Below are positions 29,396 through 41,315 of a DNA stretch of 64,000 bases, one piece after another (position 1 is the stretch's first letter; each line of letters begins with the position of its first letter). The stretch is from an uncultured Actinomycetota bacterium (lineage in GTDB: Bacteria > Actinomycetota > Actinomycetes > Propionibacteriales > Nocardioidaceae): positions 2,717 to 66,716 of the forward strand of contig CAVWXS010000018.1 in NCBI GenBank assembly GCA_963758885.1, read 5' to 3'. Both the position numbers and the translations under genes were made by a program. The notes beneath the pieces were generated by a model that did no database searches, had not been told where the DNA came from, and saw only the letters and a list, made by a program, of their open reading frames with translations.

Positions 29396-32300
29396 ATGCC
29401 CAAGTGGTTCGGTGGGAAGGGCGACGACGGGGTGCCGCGAGAGTGGCGCTCCGCCCTGGAAACGGCCCTGCGGCCGCTGGACCCGGCGTCGAAGCAGTGG
29501 TCGGCCGAGGTTCGCGAGTTCGTCCTGACCGGATCGCCCGCAGCGGTGCTCACCAACGCGAGCGGACCCGGCTTCGCCGCGACCTCCTTCAACCTCTGGG
29601 GCGGGATCCCCGGGGCCAAGGAGAACGACGCTCTTCTCACCCTGTGCCACCGGCTTGCTGACGTGCCGCCGGAGGTGGCGGTGCGGTTGGGTCGAGTCAT
29701 CGAATCCTCCGCGGTGCACACATTCGCTCTCGGTCAGCCCGCGCACCTGCGCTGGCTCGAGGCACTGCTGCTCGGGTTCGCCAACGCCGTCAACAACGCG
29801 TACGCCGCAAGGGTGCGGCTGCCTCTGGACTTCGCGGTGGTCGAGGAGCTGGTGCGGTCGACCGGACGCCCCGCCGGCGAGGCGCTGGTGTCGGGATTCC
29901 ACAGCACCGGCGCGCCGTCGTACTACCGGCACGGTCGCTACCGCGTCGTGCTTCGCGGGCTCCACGGGTACGCCGATGCGGTCGCACGGCACGCCGACGC
30001 GCTGCGGGCGACACTCGCCTCCACCAAGGTCGAGGACCGCCTGGTCGCGCTGGAGATGCTGGAGGGACTGCCGGCCGACGTGCTCGGACTGTTCGCGGCC
30101 GAGCTCGCCGACTACGCGACCAGCACGAGCAGCAAGGTGCGCAGCGCTGCACTGGCTCCCGTCAGGGACTGCGGCGCGGCGGCCTTCGAGCCGCTCGAGG
30201 AGATCGCCACGAACGGCAAGCCGGGCAACCGGGTCGAGGCACTCGAGCTGCTGTACTCCGACGGCGACCCCGACGTCCGAGCCTGGGCGCTCGCCACGGC
30301 CGCCGACGACAGAGCCGCCAGCGTCCGGGCGCTCGTCGGGCAGTGGACGGACCCGCCTGGCGCCGCCTCTGCCACGGACGACCCGGGGCTGCCGACGGTG
30401 GAGGTCCCGAAGATCGAGTGGCGAACGCCGGTCACGCCAGAGCTCACCGCGCTGCTCGAGCGCCTGGTCGCGAAGGTCAACCGGGACACCGCCGAGAGCA
30501 ACGAGCAGCAGCGCCGCTACGCCCAGCAGTGGCAGCAGCAGCACGGCACCAGCCTGCGGCACCAGGACCAGAAGCTCCTGGACCGTGGGTTCCTCCCGGG
30601 AGTGTTGGCCGCCCTCGAGAGCGGGAGGCCGGCGCAGCCCAGTCGGTACGTCTACTCCCACCACCTGCAAGGTGAGGTCGCGCGGTCGCTGACCGGTCTC
30701 GGGCTCGGACCGGCCGGCATCACCGTCCTCCTGAGCCAGTGCGGTCTGCTCACGCTGAGTCACTGGGACCAGCTCTGGCACCCCGCGTCGGTGGCGTACG
30801 ACGCGCTCTTCCGGGCAACCGGGCACCCCACCCTGCTCGAGGTCTCCGCCATGCTCGACGAGCTCGGTCACGACGGCGGGAGGCTGGTACTGCGCTCGTA
30901 TCTCTCGTCCTACGGGGGCAGCCTCGGCCGGGACTGGCCCGACGAAGCGGTCGCGCCCTTCATGACCGTGCACCTCGACAAGGTGATGCGGCTGCTGGCG
31001 CCCGCGGCCGAGCGCGACTACGCGATCGACCCGCTGGGCGTCTTCCCCGCCCTGGCCAGTCTCCCGAGCCTGCCCCCGTCGGTCGTCGACGGCTTGTTCG
31101 CCGCGGCTCTCGGCTCGCGGAAGACCGAGCGCCTACCGGCGCAGGTCGCGCTCGCGAAGGTTCCGGGCATCGAGGCACGGGTGACCCGCGCCCTCTCCGA
31201 CGGCAAGGCCGACGTGCGCGCGCTCGCGGCGCAGTGGCTCGGCCGACTGCGGCACGAGGCGGCTCTACCCGCCCTCGAGACCGCGGTGGCCAAGGAGAAG
31301 CAGGATGTCGCGCTCGGCGCCATGCTCGACGCACTCCAGGCCCTGGGGCAGCCGGTCGAGAAGTACCTCGACCGCGATGCGCTCGCCGGCCAGGCGGCCA
31401 CGGTGGTGGCGAAAGGGCTGCCGAAGGACCTCGACTGGTTCCCCTGGGACGGGTTGCCGGCGGTCCGCTGGGCCGACGGCGAGCCGGTGTCCCCGGAGAT
31501 CTTGAGGTGGTTCCTCGCCCAGGCGGTGAAGGGCAGGTCGGCCGAGCCCAACGCGGTGCTCCGCAAGTACGCCGCCATGCTCGAACCCCGCGACCGCGAG
31601 CGGCTCGGCCAGTTCGTCCTGGAGGCATGGGTCGCCCAGGACCTCGCCCCGATCGACCCCGACGACGCCCGGCGGCAGGCGGAGCAGGCGGCGGCGAACA
31701 TGTACCAGTCGATCCGGCAGTGGCCCCAGTACTACCAGGACAACCCGCTGCGCAACGCGTCGCAGGAGCAGATCACGGCGTCGTACCTGCCGTCGTACCT
31801 CAAGCAGCCGGCCGGGTCGGCCGCCTCGAGCAAGGGCCTGCTGTCGGTCGCCGCGGCCTGCGCGGGGGAGCGCGCGGCGCCGGTCGCGCAGCGCTACCTC
31901 AAGGAGTGGTACGGCATGCGAGCGGCGCAGGGCCGCGCGCTGATCGTGATGCTGGCCTGGATCGAGCATCCGTCGGCCACGCAGCTGATGCTGTCCGTGG
32001 GCAGCAGGTTCCGGACCAAGAGCTTCCAGGAGGAGGCCACCCGACAGGCCGAGCTGCTCGCCGAGCGCAAGGGCTGGACACTCGGCGAGCTGGCCGACCG
32101 CACCATCCCGACGGCGGGCTTCGACGAGGAGGGCGTGCTGGAGCTCTCGTACGGCGACCGGGTGTTCACCGCGCACCTGTTGCCCGACCTGACCGTCGAG
32201 CTGCGCTCCCCGGAGGGCAAGCCGGTCAAGGCCCTGCCGGCCGCACGCCAGACCGACGACGAGGCCAAGGCGAAAGACGCGAAGAAGACGCTGGCAGCGG

Positions 32301-33073
32301 CCAAGAAGGAGCTCAAGGCGGTGGCGACGCTCCAGGCCGAGCGTCTCTACGAAGCGCTGTGCACCGAGCGCAGCTGGGCCTACGACGACTGGGACCGCTA
32401 CCTGCGCCAGCACCCCGTCATGCGCCACCTCACCCAGAGGCTCGCATGGACGGCGACCACGGACGACGCCCCAGGGAAGTCCAGCCTGGTGTTCCGGCCA
32501 CTCGACGACGGCACCCTCACCGACGCCGAAGACGAGGAGGTCAGCGTCGCGCCTCACGCGCGGGTGCGGGTCGCCCACGACTCCAACCTCGACGCCGAAC
32601 AGGTCGCCGCCTGGCAGTCACACTTCGCCGACTACGAGGTGACCCCGCTGTTCCAGCAGCTCGGCAAGGGCGGCTTCGAGCTCCCCGACGACCAGGTGAA
32701 CGCCCAGGAGGTCGACGACTTCAAGGGGTACCTGGTCGAGGCGTTCGCGCTTCGCGGCCGCGCCGGGAAGCTGGGCTACACCCGCGGGCAGTCCGAGGAC
32801 GGCGGCTGGTTCTACACCTACGACAAGCGCTTCCCCACGCTCGGGATCACCGCGCAGGTGGCGTTCAGCGGCAACGGACTCCCCGAGGAGAACCGCACCG
32901 TTGCCCTGACTGCGCTCTCGTTCCATCGCCACGGGCCGGAGGGCGCCGGCTACGCGATGCGACTGTCGGAGGTGCCGACCATCCTGCTCTCCGAGGCGTG
33001 GAACGATCTGCGACTGATGGCCGCCGACGGGCCGGGCTTCGATCCCGACTGGGAGAAGAAGGTGGAGTACTGA
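29396..33073 (+). CDS. HEAT-repeat plus DUF4132 domain protein (YehI/MolR-like), paralog 1, intact
   Basis: About 1225 aa; HEAT-like VRALAAQWLGRL; DUF4132-like ELADRTIPTAGFDEEG..LSYGDRVF, RLYEALCTERSW, HPVMRHL, WQSHFADYEVTPLFQQL, LLSEAWNDL. Confidence 0.88.
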   Translation: MPKWFGGKGDDGVPREWRSALETALRPLDPASKQWSAEVREFVLTGSPAAVLTNASGPGFAATSFNLWGGIPGAKENDALLTLCHRLADVPPEVAVRLGRVIESSAVHTFALGQPAHLRWLEALLLGFANAVNNAYAARVRLPLDFAVVEELVRSTGRPAGEALVSGFHSTGAPSYYRHGRYRVVLRGLHGYADAVARHADALRATLASTKVEDRLVALEMLEGLPADVLGLFAAELADYATSTSSKVRSAALAPVRDCGAAAFEPLEEIATNGKPGNRVEALELLYSDGDPDVRAWALATAADDRAASVRALVGQWTDPPGAASATDDPGLPTVEVPKIEWRTPVTPELTALLERLVAKVNRDTAESNEQQRRYAQQWQQQHGTSLRHQDQKLLDRGFLPGVLAALESGRPAQPSRYVYSHHLQGEVARSLTGLGLGPAGITVLLSQCGLLTLSHWDQLWHPASVAYDALFRATGHPTLLEVSAMLDELGHDGGRLVLRSYLSSYGGSLGRDWPDEAVAPFMTVHLDKVMRLLAPAAERDYAIDPLGVFPALASLPSLPPSVVDGLFAAALGSRKTERLPAQVALAKVPGIEARVTRALSDGKADVRALAAQWLGRLRHEAALPALETAVAKEKQDVALGAMLDALQALGQPVEKYLDRDALAGQAATVVAKGLPKDLDWFPWDGLPAVRWADGEPVSPEILRWFLAQAVKGRSAEPNAVLRKYAAMLEPRDRERLGQFVLEAWVAQDLAPIDPDDARRQAEQAAANMYQSIRQWPQYYQDNPLRNASQEQITASYLPSYLKQPAGSAASSKGLLSVAAACAGERAAPVAQRYLKEWYGMRAAQGRALIVMLAWIEHPSATQLMLSVGSRFRTKSFQEEATRQAELLAERKGWTLGELADRTIPTAGFDEEGVLELSYGDRVFTAHLLPDLTVELRSPEGKPVKALPAARQTDDEAKAKDAKKTLAAAKKELKAVATLQAERLYEALCTERSWAYDDWDRYLRQHPVMRHLTQRLAWTATTDDAPGKSSLVFRPLDDGTLTDAEDEEVSVAPHARVRVAHDSNLDAEQVAAWQSHFADYEVTPLFQQLGKGGFELPDDQVNAQEVDDFKGYLVEAFALRGRAGKLGYTRGQSEDGGWFYTYDKRFPTLGITAQVAFSGNGLPEENRTVALTALSFHRHGPEGAGYAMRLSEVPTILLSEAWNDLRLMAADGPGFDPDWEKKVEY

Positions 33074-36000
33074 TGGGGGACGTGCCCGAGGAATGGGTGG
33101 CGGCGTACGACGCCTCGCATGGGGTGGTTGCGCGAGCGCGACGCCCGAGCTGGCGGCGTCCGTGCGGGCCTGGCTCCTCGACGGTGTCGGTGACGGGCCG
33201 GCGCTGATGGCGGCGGTCCAAGCCTCCCTGCACGGGGCCGCGCAGGCACGGCGATGTCCGGCAGCCAGCTCATCGACCGGGTCGTGGTCGACGACGCTTC
33301 GCATCTGCTCGGACGGGGTGCCGTCCCTGCCTCCGAGACAGCTCGGGAGGTTCGTCGCGCTGGTGCATGCCTCGGACGCATACTCCGGGTTCCCCGAACC
33401 GGACCGCTCTCACGCGTTCACGCGCCTGGTGCGCTGGGCCTGCACGGATCGCTACGGCCGAGGCCCGATCGCATTCCCCATCGACTTCCTGGAGCGGCTC
33501 TGCCGGGCCTACGGCATGCCGACCTCGCAGCCACTGCTCGACGGCCTACCGGAGCATCGAGCAGTGGGGCGGCAGCGCACCAGGACGAGGCAAAGGTCCT
33601 GAGGTTCGACGGTTATCCCGACTACGTGGGTCGACACGAGGAGACGATGCGAGAGCTCCTGACCAAGACGGCGGTCTCGGAGCGGCTTGCCGCCCTGGAG
33701 CTGGTGGAGCCCTCCCCGACGAGCTCGTGACGCCGTACGCCGCGGAGCTCGCGACCCTGGCGACCTCGGGGTCGGTGAAGGTGCGCGGCGCGGCCGAGCC
33801 GCTGCTGGACCGCTGTGGCGAGGCGGCGGCTGAGCCCTTGCGCAGCATCGCCGAGACGGGCAAGCCTGACGCCAGGATGTGGGCGTTGCGCCGGCTCTGG
33901 GCCGAGGGCGACGCACAGCAGAAGGCGTGGTGCGAGCAGCGGGCGGAGGCTGACAAAGCCGGGCCGGTGCGGATGCTCGTCGAGGAGTGGGCCTCGCTGG
34001 CGACGACCTCCGCCCAGAACGACGACGAGCTCCCGGTCGAGAGGCCGGTCGTCGACTGGCATGAGACCGTCACCGACTCCGACCGCGCCTGCTGCTCGGT
34101 TACGTGGCACAGGTGAACAGAAGTGGCACGAATCTCGATCCTGCGCTGATCGACCAGCTCGTCGCGGCGCTGGCGGCGGGACGCCGGCCGACCTTCCACG
34201 CCCACCCACGTCCTCCATGTCCTACCTAGCCTGGAACTGGTACCACGACGAGGACCGTGCCCGGCTCGGCATCCCAGGCGCCGCGGCTCTCCTGTTGCTG
34301 GGCGGAGAGCTGGTCGACGAGTGGCACGGTCTTCACTGGCCTGCCTCTCACTTCTTCAGGGACGTCTACGCGGAGTCCGGTCACCCCACCCTCGCCGAGC
34401 TGTCCGTGGTTCTCGACGACCTCGGCTTCGATGGCGGCAAGTGCGTGCTGCATTCCTGGGGCAGCGGCTCGGAATGGGCGTCGGCACTGGGCGACCGACC
34501 CGATGCCGAGGTCGCCGAGTTGACCGCCTCCATCTCGACACGATGCTCGCCCACCTCGCGCCCGCCGAGCGCGAGTGCGGCCTGCACAAGCGAGCCCCGC
34601 ACCGCGCCTTGGCCACGTTGCCGGTGCTGCCTGCCGGGCCGTCGACCACCTGTACGCCGTGGCGCTCGGGCCGCAGAAGGTCGAGCGCCGCGCCGCCCAG
34701 GACCTCCTCGACCGCGTGCCGGGCATCTCCGGGCGGATCATCCCCGTGCTCGCAGACTCGCGGGCCGAGCAGCGTGCGGAGGCAGCGGCCTGGCTGGGAA
34801 GGATCGCCGATCCCGTGGCGGTCGAGCCCTGGAGAAGGCGTTCGCCAAGGAGAAGCAGGACGTCCCGATGTCCGCGATGCTCGACGCGCTGCAGGCGTTC
34901 GGGAAGCCGGTCGAGGACTACCTCAGGCCCGCCGAGCTGGCCGACCAGGCGCGGAAGGCGGTGGCCAAGGGGCTGCCCAAGGACCTCGACTGGTTTCCAT
35001 GGGACAAGCTGCCGTCGGTGCAGTGGGCCGCGGGTGGCGACGTACCTCTCGAGGTGTTGCAGTGGTTCCTCAGCCAGGCGCTGAAGACGAAGTCGCCCGA
35101 GCCCAACGCGCTGCTGCGCACCTACACCTCGATGTTCGAGCCGCGGGGGCGCGAGGAGCTCGGCCAGTTCGTGCTCGAGGCGTGGGTGGCCGAGGACACG
35201 CGGACCTTCTCGGCCGACGAGGCGCGGCAGCAATTCGGGTGGGAGGCGTCACACCTCCTCGACAGGTTCCAGTGGTACCCGGAGGAGCACACGCACAATC
35301 CACTGTTCGGCCGGTCGCCTGGAGGAGATTGCCGAGCGGACTCCTCCCCGGGCAGATGCGCCGGCTGGCCGGCTCCGCGAGCTCCTCCAGGGGTGTGCTC
35401 GCCGTCGCCGCAGCCTGTGCGGGTGGAGCGCGCCGCGCCGGTCGTCCAGCGCTACCTCAAGCGAGTTCCAGGCCCTGCGCCGCACCCAAGGGCCAGGCCC
35501 TGGTGGCCATGCTGGCCTGGGTCGACGCACCCTGGCGCCGTCCAGGTGCTGCTGTCGGTGGGCAGCCGGTTCCGCAGCAAGAGCATCCAGGCGGAGGCCA
35601 ACAAGCAGGCGCAGGCGCTCGCCGAGCGCAAGGGCTGGACCCTCGACCGAGCTGGAGGACCGCATCCGTTCCGGTCGCCGGCCTCGACGAGGAGGGAGCA
35701 CTGGAGCTCTCCTACGGCGACCGCGTCTTCACGGCCCGCCTGCTGCCCGGACCTGTCCGTCGAGCTGCGGTCACCGGAGGACAAGGTGATCAAGACGCTT
35801 CCAGCGGCCAGGGTCGCCGACGACGTCGAGGCCGGTGAAGGAAGCGAAGAAGGCACTCACCGCCACGAAGAAGGAGCTCGCGGCGGTGCTCGAGCACCAG
35901 ACCGCGCGCCTGTACGAGGCGCTGTGCACCGCAGCGCACGTGGGAGCTCGACGTGCTGGCAGCGCTACGTGCTCGGGCACCCCGTGATGCGGCACCTCGC

Positions 36001-36648
36001 GACCAGGCTCGGTGTGGTGCGGTCGACGGGGCCGGCTGGTGTTCCGGCCGCTGGGCGACGGCACCCTGACCGACGTCGACGACGAGCCCGGTGAAGCCGA
36101 ACGGCGGCGCGCTCGGTGTCGCTTGGCCCACGAGTCGTTGGTACCTCGAGCCGACGTGGCCGCAGCCTGGCGTTCAGCACCTGGCCGACTACGAGGTCAC
36201 CCCGCTGTTCCAGCAGCTCGGCACGGGCGGACCTACGAGCTCCCGACCGAGGAGCTGCGGCCGGCTGAGGCTCTCCGCGACCTGGAGGGCTCGCTGATCG
36301 AGGCGTTCGCGCTGCGCGGGCGGGCCGGCAAGCTCGGCTACACGCCGGGGCGAGGCCGAGCGACGGCGGCTGACGTTCACGACGTACGAGAAGTCGTTCG
36401 GCGACCTCGGCCTAGTGCGTCGTGGTCAACTTCATCGGGCAACACCCTTCCCGAGGAGAACCGTCACCGTGGCCCTGACGGAGCTCACCTTCGAACGTCC
36501 CGGACCCTCGTGGCGTGCGCAACCGCGATCCCGCTGGGCGACGTACCCGCCGGTGCTGCTCTCCGAGGCCTGGAACGACATGCGCTGATGGCTCGCCGAC
36601 GTCGGCGCCGGCTTCGATCCCGACTGGCAGAGCAAGGTGGCGTACTGA
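33073..36648 (+). pseudogene. DUF4132 domain protein, paralog 2, broken by many frameshifts (true pseudogene or assembly indels)
   Basis: Fragments in all three frames match paralog 1: AKEKQDV..AMLDALQA, GLPKDLDWFPWD, LSVGSRFRSKSIQ, ALELSYGDRVF, HLADYEVTPLFQQLG, GFDPDWQSKVAY*. TGATG coupling at both ends. Confidence 0.8.
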
Positions 36649-37748
36649 TGGCGATCCTGCGCGAACCCGCCGAGCGGCTGTACGCCGACGAGCTGGCCCG
36701 GCTGACGGCCGACGACCCCCACCCGAAGCCCGAGGGATGGCAGCTGTCGCCGCGCTCGGTGCGGGCGTTCGTCCTGGGCGACGCGGCGCGCGACGTGCGC
36801 AAGAAGTTCTACGGCGACGACGCGCTGATCGACCGGTGCATCGTCACCCTGATGAGCAACCGCGGCCTGATGCTGGTCGGCGAGCCCGGCACGGCCAAGT
36901 CGATGCTGTCCGAGCTGCTCGCCGCGGCCATCAGCGGCGACTCGACCTGCACCGTGCAGGGCACCTCGGGCACCACCGAGGACCAGATCACCTACTCGTG
37001 GAACTACGCGCTGCTGCTCGCCGAGGGCCCGAGCCCACGGGCGCTGGTGCGCGGGCCGATGCACAACGCGATGGAGCAGGGCCGGCTGTGCCGGTTCGAG
37101 GAGGTGACCCGGGTCCAGCCGGAGATCCAGGACGTGCTGATCGGGCTGCTCTCCGACAAGGTGCTCCACGTGCCCGAGCTGACGCGGACCGGACGCCACC
37201 GTCTTCGCCGGCGCAGGGCTTCAACGTGATGGCGACCGCCAACATCCGCGACCGCGGCGTCCACGAGATGTCGAGCGCGCTCAAGCGCCGGTTCAACTTC
37301 GAGACGGTGCGGCCGATCTCCGACCGCAAGCTCGAGGCCCGGCTGATCAAGGAGCAGACCGCGTCGCTGCTCGCGCAGTCCGGCGTCACCACGACCGTCG
37401 GCGACGACGTGGTCGAGCTGCTGGTCACGGCGTTCCACGACCTGCGCGACGGCGTGACCGCGGACGGCGCGGTGGTCGAGAAGCCGACCGCGGTGATGTC
37501 CTCGGCCGAGGCCGTGGCGGTGGCCCACGCGGCGGCGCTGGACGCGCACGTACTTCGGCAACGGCGAGGTCGGCGGCGACCACGTGGCCCGCCAGCTCAT
37601 CGGCACCGTGCTCAAGGACAACCCCGACGACGGCAAGAAGCTGCGCCACTACTTCGACGTGGTGGTCAAGCAGCGCGCCCAGAAGCGTGACCGGCAGAGC
37701 AAGCAGTGGGGCCGGGTGCTCGACGCCCGGCGTGAGCTCGACCGGTGA
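36648..37748 (+). CDS. MoxR-family AAA+ ATPase, YehL-like (frameshifts at about 37190 and 37550)
   Basis: Walker A GEPGTAKS, YSWNYALLLAEGP, Walker B RFEEVTR, ATANIRDRGVHEMSSALKRRFNF. Confidence 0.92.
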
Positions 37749-40182
37749 TCTCCGACCCGGGAGGTCCGCGAGCTCGCCGGTCGCCTGGTGACCGACGAGC
37801 TGGTGGTCCTCCCGGTCCGTCACCACAGCCCGGCCTGCGCCCTGCACGTGCGCGACGCGATCGCCCGGCGCGCGACCGTCCGTCGTGCTCGTCGAGGGGC
37901 CGCGCAGCTTCGACCCGCTGATCCCGCTGCTCACCGACCCCGCGGCGCAGATGCCGCTGGCGGTCTACACCTGGTACGTCACCTCGGCCGCACGGACCCG
38001 CTCGGCCGAGCGCGCCAGCGCCTACTACCCGTTCTGCGACTACAGCCCGGAGCTGGTGGCGTTGCGCGAGGCCCAGGCGGCCGGCATCCCGGCGCACTTC
38101 ATCGACCTCGACTTCGCCGAGCAGGCGCTGCTCCGGCAGGACCGCGAGGGTGCGGCCGAGGCCGGGACGGTCGCTGCTCGACGAGCGGCGGTTCGCCCAC
38201 AGCCGCGCGCTCCAGCTCCTCGCCGAACGGCTCGGCTGCCGCGACCACGAGGACCTGTGGGAGCGGCTCTTCGAGGCCGCCCCGTTGCCCCTCGAGGAGC
38301 ACGTCGCGCGGATGGCGGCGTACTGCCGGCTGGCCCGGCTCGACTACACCGACGACGACCTGCGCGTCGAGGGGACCCTGCAGCGCGAGGCCGAGATGGC
38401 CTCCCACGTGCGGGCGGCGCTCGACGCACGCAAGCCGGGTGACGGGCCGGTCCTCGTCGTGGTCGGCGGCTTCCACGCCGTGGTGCTGCCGGACCTGCTG
38501 GCCGGACCGCCGGAGACTCCGCGTCCGCGCGACCCCGCACGGGACGGTGACCAGCGACGCGGCGCTGATCCGGTTCACCTTCGAGCGGCTCGACCGGCTC
38601 AACGGGTACGCCGCCGGCATGACCTCCCCCGCCTGGCACCAGCTGCTGTGGGAGCACCTGTCCGCGGACACGCCGGACCAGCCGCGCAACGCGGCCACCC
38701 TGGTCGCGCCTGCTCGACATCACCCGCGAGCTGCGGCGCAAGCACCAGGTGCCCGTGCCGCTGCCGTCGGTCTCGGCGGCGTACGGCCAGGCCCTGCAGC
38801 TCGCCGCGCTGCGCGACCGCGCGGCACCGCTGCGCAGCGACCTGCTCGACGCCGTGACCAGCTGCTTCGTCAAGGGCGATGCCGACGTGGAGGGGCGGCT
38901 GGTGCTGTCCGCGTCGCGGCGCGTGCTGACCGGGGACCGCGTCGGGCGTGGTGCCGCCAGGAGCGGGTACGCCGCCGCTGGTCGCCGACACGCTGGCCCG
39001 CCTGCGCGCCCAGCGGATGAAGGTCGACGCCAGCGAACGACAGACCACCAACCTCGACATCTACCGCCGCCCGGCCCACCGCGGCACCAGCCGGATGCTG
39101 CACGGGCTGGAGCTGCTCGGCGTGCCGTTCGCGGTCCGCACGGCCGGCCCCGACTTCGTGCGCGGTCACGGGCTGGGGCGGCTCCAGGAGCGCTGGGACT
39201 ACCTCTGGACGCCGGCGACGGACGGCTCGCTGGCGGAGGCGTCGGTGTTCGGGTCGACGTTGCCGGAGGCGGTGAGCGCGAAGTTCGCGGTCGTGGTGCG
39301 CGAGTTCGAGCAGTCCGGTGACCGGGTGAGCTCCTGGGCGGCGGTGGCCCTGCTCGCCCACGCCTGCGTGCTCGGTCTGCACGACCGCGTCGACGAGGCC
39401 CTCCAGCTGGTCCGGGCCGGGATCGCGGCCGACCCCGCGTTCGACGCGGTCGCCACGGCGGCCACGCATCTCGGCCTGCTCTGGGAGTCGCGCGAGCCCC
39501 TCGAGGCGCGGCAGCTGGACGCGCTGCCCGGACCTGATCGCGGCGACGTACGCCCGCGCGATCTACCTGGGCCGCGAGCTGCAGGGCCAGGAGTGCGAGC
39601 CCCGGGCGGTTGCCGAGGCGCTGATGCGGCTGCGCGAGCTGCTGGTCGGCAGTGCTGGCGCGGCCCTGGACGAGGAGCTGTTCTGGCAGCTGGTCGAGCG
39701 GCTCCGCGCCCATCACGACTCCGCGCTCGTGCGCGGTGCCGCGACCGGGGTCGCCTACTCCGCCGGTCGGCTCGACGACGCCGGCCTGGCCGGGGCGGTC
39801 CAGGGGCATCTGTCGGGCACGGTTGCCGCCGCGGAGGCGGTGGCCTTCCTCGGCGGCCTGCTCCTGACCGCCCGCGAGGCGGCGTGGCAGAACCCCCAGC
39901 TGGTGGCCGGGCTCGACGCCCGGCTGAAGGCGTGGGACGAGGAGACCTTCGTCGAGCACCTGCCCGAGCTGAGGCTGGCCTTCGCCACCATGACGCCCGT
40001 CGAGACCGACCGCATCGCCTCGTCCGTGGCCCGGCTGCACGGGTTGGAGGAGCTCGGCCCGCTGCTGGTCCGCGACGTCGACGAGGAGCGACGTCCAGCG
40101 ACACCTGGCGCTCTCGGCTCGCGTCGCCGAGCTCCTCGCCGGCGACGGGCTGTCCGCCTGGACGTCGGGGGACGGCCCATGA
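37745..40182 (+). CDS. DUF5682 family protein, YehM-like (multiple frameshifts)
   Basis: PVRHHSPACA, LVEGP, YYPFCDYSPELVA, REAEMA, VVVGGFH, RLNGYAAGMTSP, FVEHLPELRLAF; GTGA/ATGA overlaps. Confidence 0.85.
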
Positions 40183-41315
40183 ACGAGGTGGACCGCTGGC
40201 GCCTCGTCCTCGGGCGCTACTCCAAGAAGCGGCTCGAGTCGGGTGCGGCCGAGTTCGGCACGGGCGGTGAGGCGGACCGCATGGAGGACGCGCTGGAGTA
40301 CCTCTACGGCCGCGAGTACGAGTCTCGCGACCTGCGCCCCGACCGCCGCGAGATCGAACCCGGCTCGCTCGACGACTCCCAGCCCACGCTGGTCGGGTGG
40401 CTCGGCGAGGTGCGAGAGCTGTTCCCGCGCGAGACCGCCGAGGTCATCGAGAAGCACGCGCTCGACCGCTACGGCCTGGTCGACCTGGTGACCGACCCCG
40501 AGACGCTCGAGCGCCTGGAGCCCAACGAGCAGCTGCTCAAGACCCTGCTCAGCCTCAAGGGGCATCTCGGCGCCGAGGTGCTCGAGGTCGCCCGGCGGAT
40601 CATCCGGCAGGTGGTCGAGGAGCTCCGGCGCAGGCTGGAGATGGAGGTACGCCGCGCGATGGCCGGCCGGCTGAGCCAGCACCGCCACTCGCCGATCCCG
40701 ATCGCGGCCAACTTCGACGTCGTGGGCACCATCCGTCGCAACCTGAAGAACTACGACCCCGAGCGCCAGCAGATCGTCCTCGGCGACCTGCGGTTCTTCG
40801 AGCGCAACACCCGCCGGCTGCCGTGGGACGTGATCATCTGCGTCGACCAGAGCGGCAGCATGGCCGGCTCGGTGATCCACAGCGCCGTGATGGCCGGGAT
40901 CCTGCACGGGCTGCCGTCGTTCCGCGTGCGGCTGGTGGTCTTCGACACCAACGTCGTCGACCTGAGCGACGAGGTCGAGGACCCGGTCGAGGTGCTGATG
41001 CGGGTCCAGCTCGGCGGCGGCACCGACATCGCCCGGGCGCTCCGCTACGCCAGCCAGCTCGTGGAGAACCCCGACCGCACCGTCCTGGTCCTGGTCACCG
41101 ACTTCTGCGAGGGCGGCCCGCCGGGCGACCTGGTCCGGGTGGTCGCGCAGCTGGCCGAGGCGCGGGTCAAGCTGCTCGGCCTGGCCGCGCTCGACGGCGA
41201 GGCCCACCCGTTCTACGACCGCGCGATGGCCCAGCGGCTGGCCGACCGAGGCATGGAGATCGCGGCGCTCACGCCGAGCCAGCTGGCGGCCTGGCTGGTC
41301 GAGGTGACGTCGTGA
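40179..41315 (+). CDS. von Willebrand factor A (CoxE-like) domain protein, YehP-like
   Basis: RWRLVLG, MIDAS VDQSGSM, LGGGTDI, VTDFCEGG. Confidence 0.92.
   Translation: MNEVDRWRLVLGRYSKKRLESGAAEFGTGGEADRMEDALEYLYGREYESRDLRPDRREIEPGSLDDSQPTLVGWLGEVRELFPRETAEVIEKHALDRYGLVDLVTDPETLERLEPNEQLLKTLLSLKGHLGAEVLEVARRIIRQVVEELRRRLEMEVRRAMAGRLSQHRHSPIPIAANFDVVGTIRRNLKNYDPERQQIVLGDLRFFERNTRRLPWDVIICVDQSGSMAGSVIHSAVMAGILHGLPSFRVRLVVFDTNVVDLSDEVEDPVEVLMRVQLGGGTDIARALRYASQLVENPDRTVLVLVTDFCEGGPPGDLVRVVAQLAEARVKLLGLAALDGEAHPFYDRAMAQRLADRGMEIAALTPSQLAAWLVEVTS

Noticed and set aside
39624-41315. DUF5682-vWA fusion (563 aa)
   Set aside because: A frameshift at ~40090 removes the DUF5682 stop; the ATGA overlap at 40179-40182 shows two genes.
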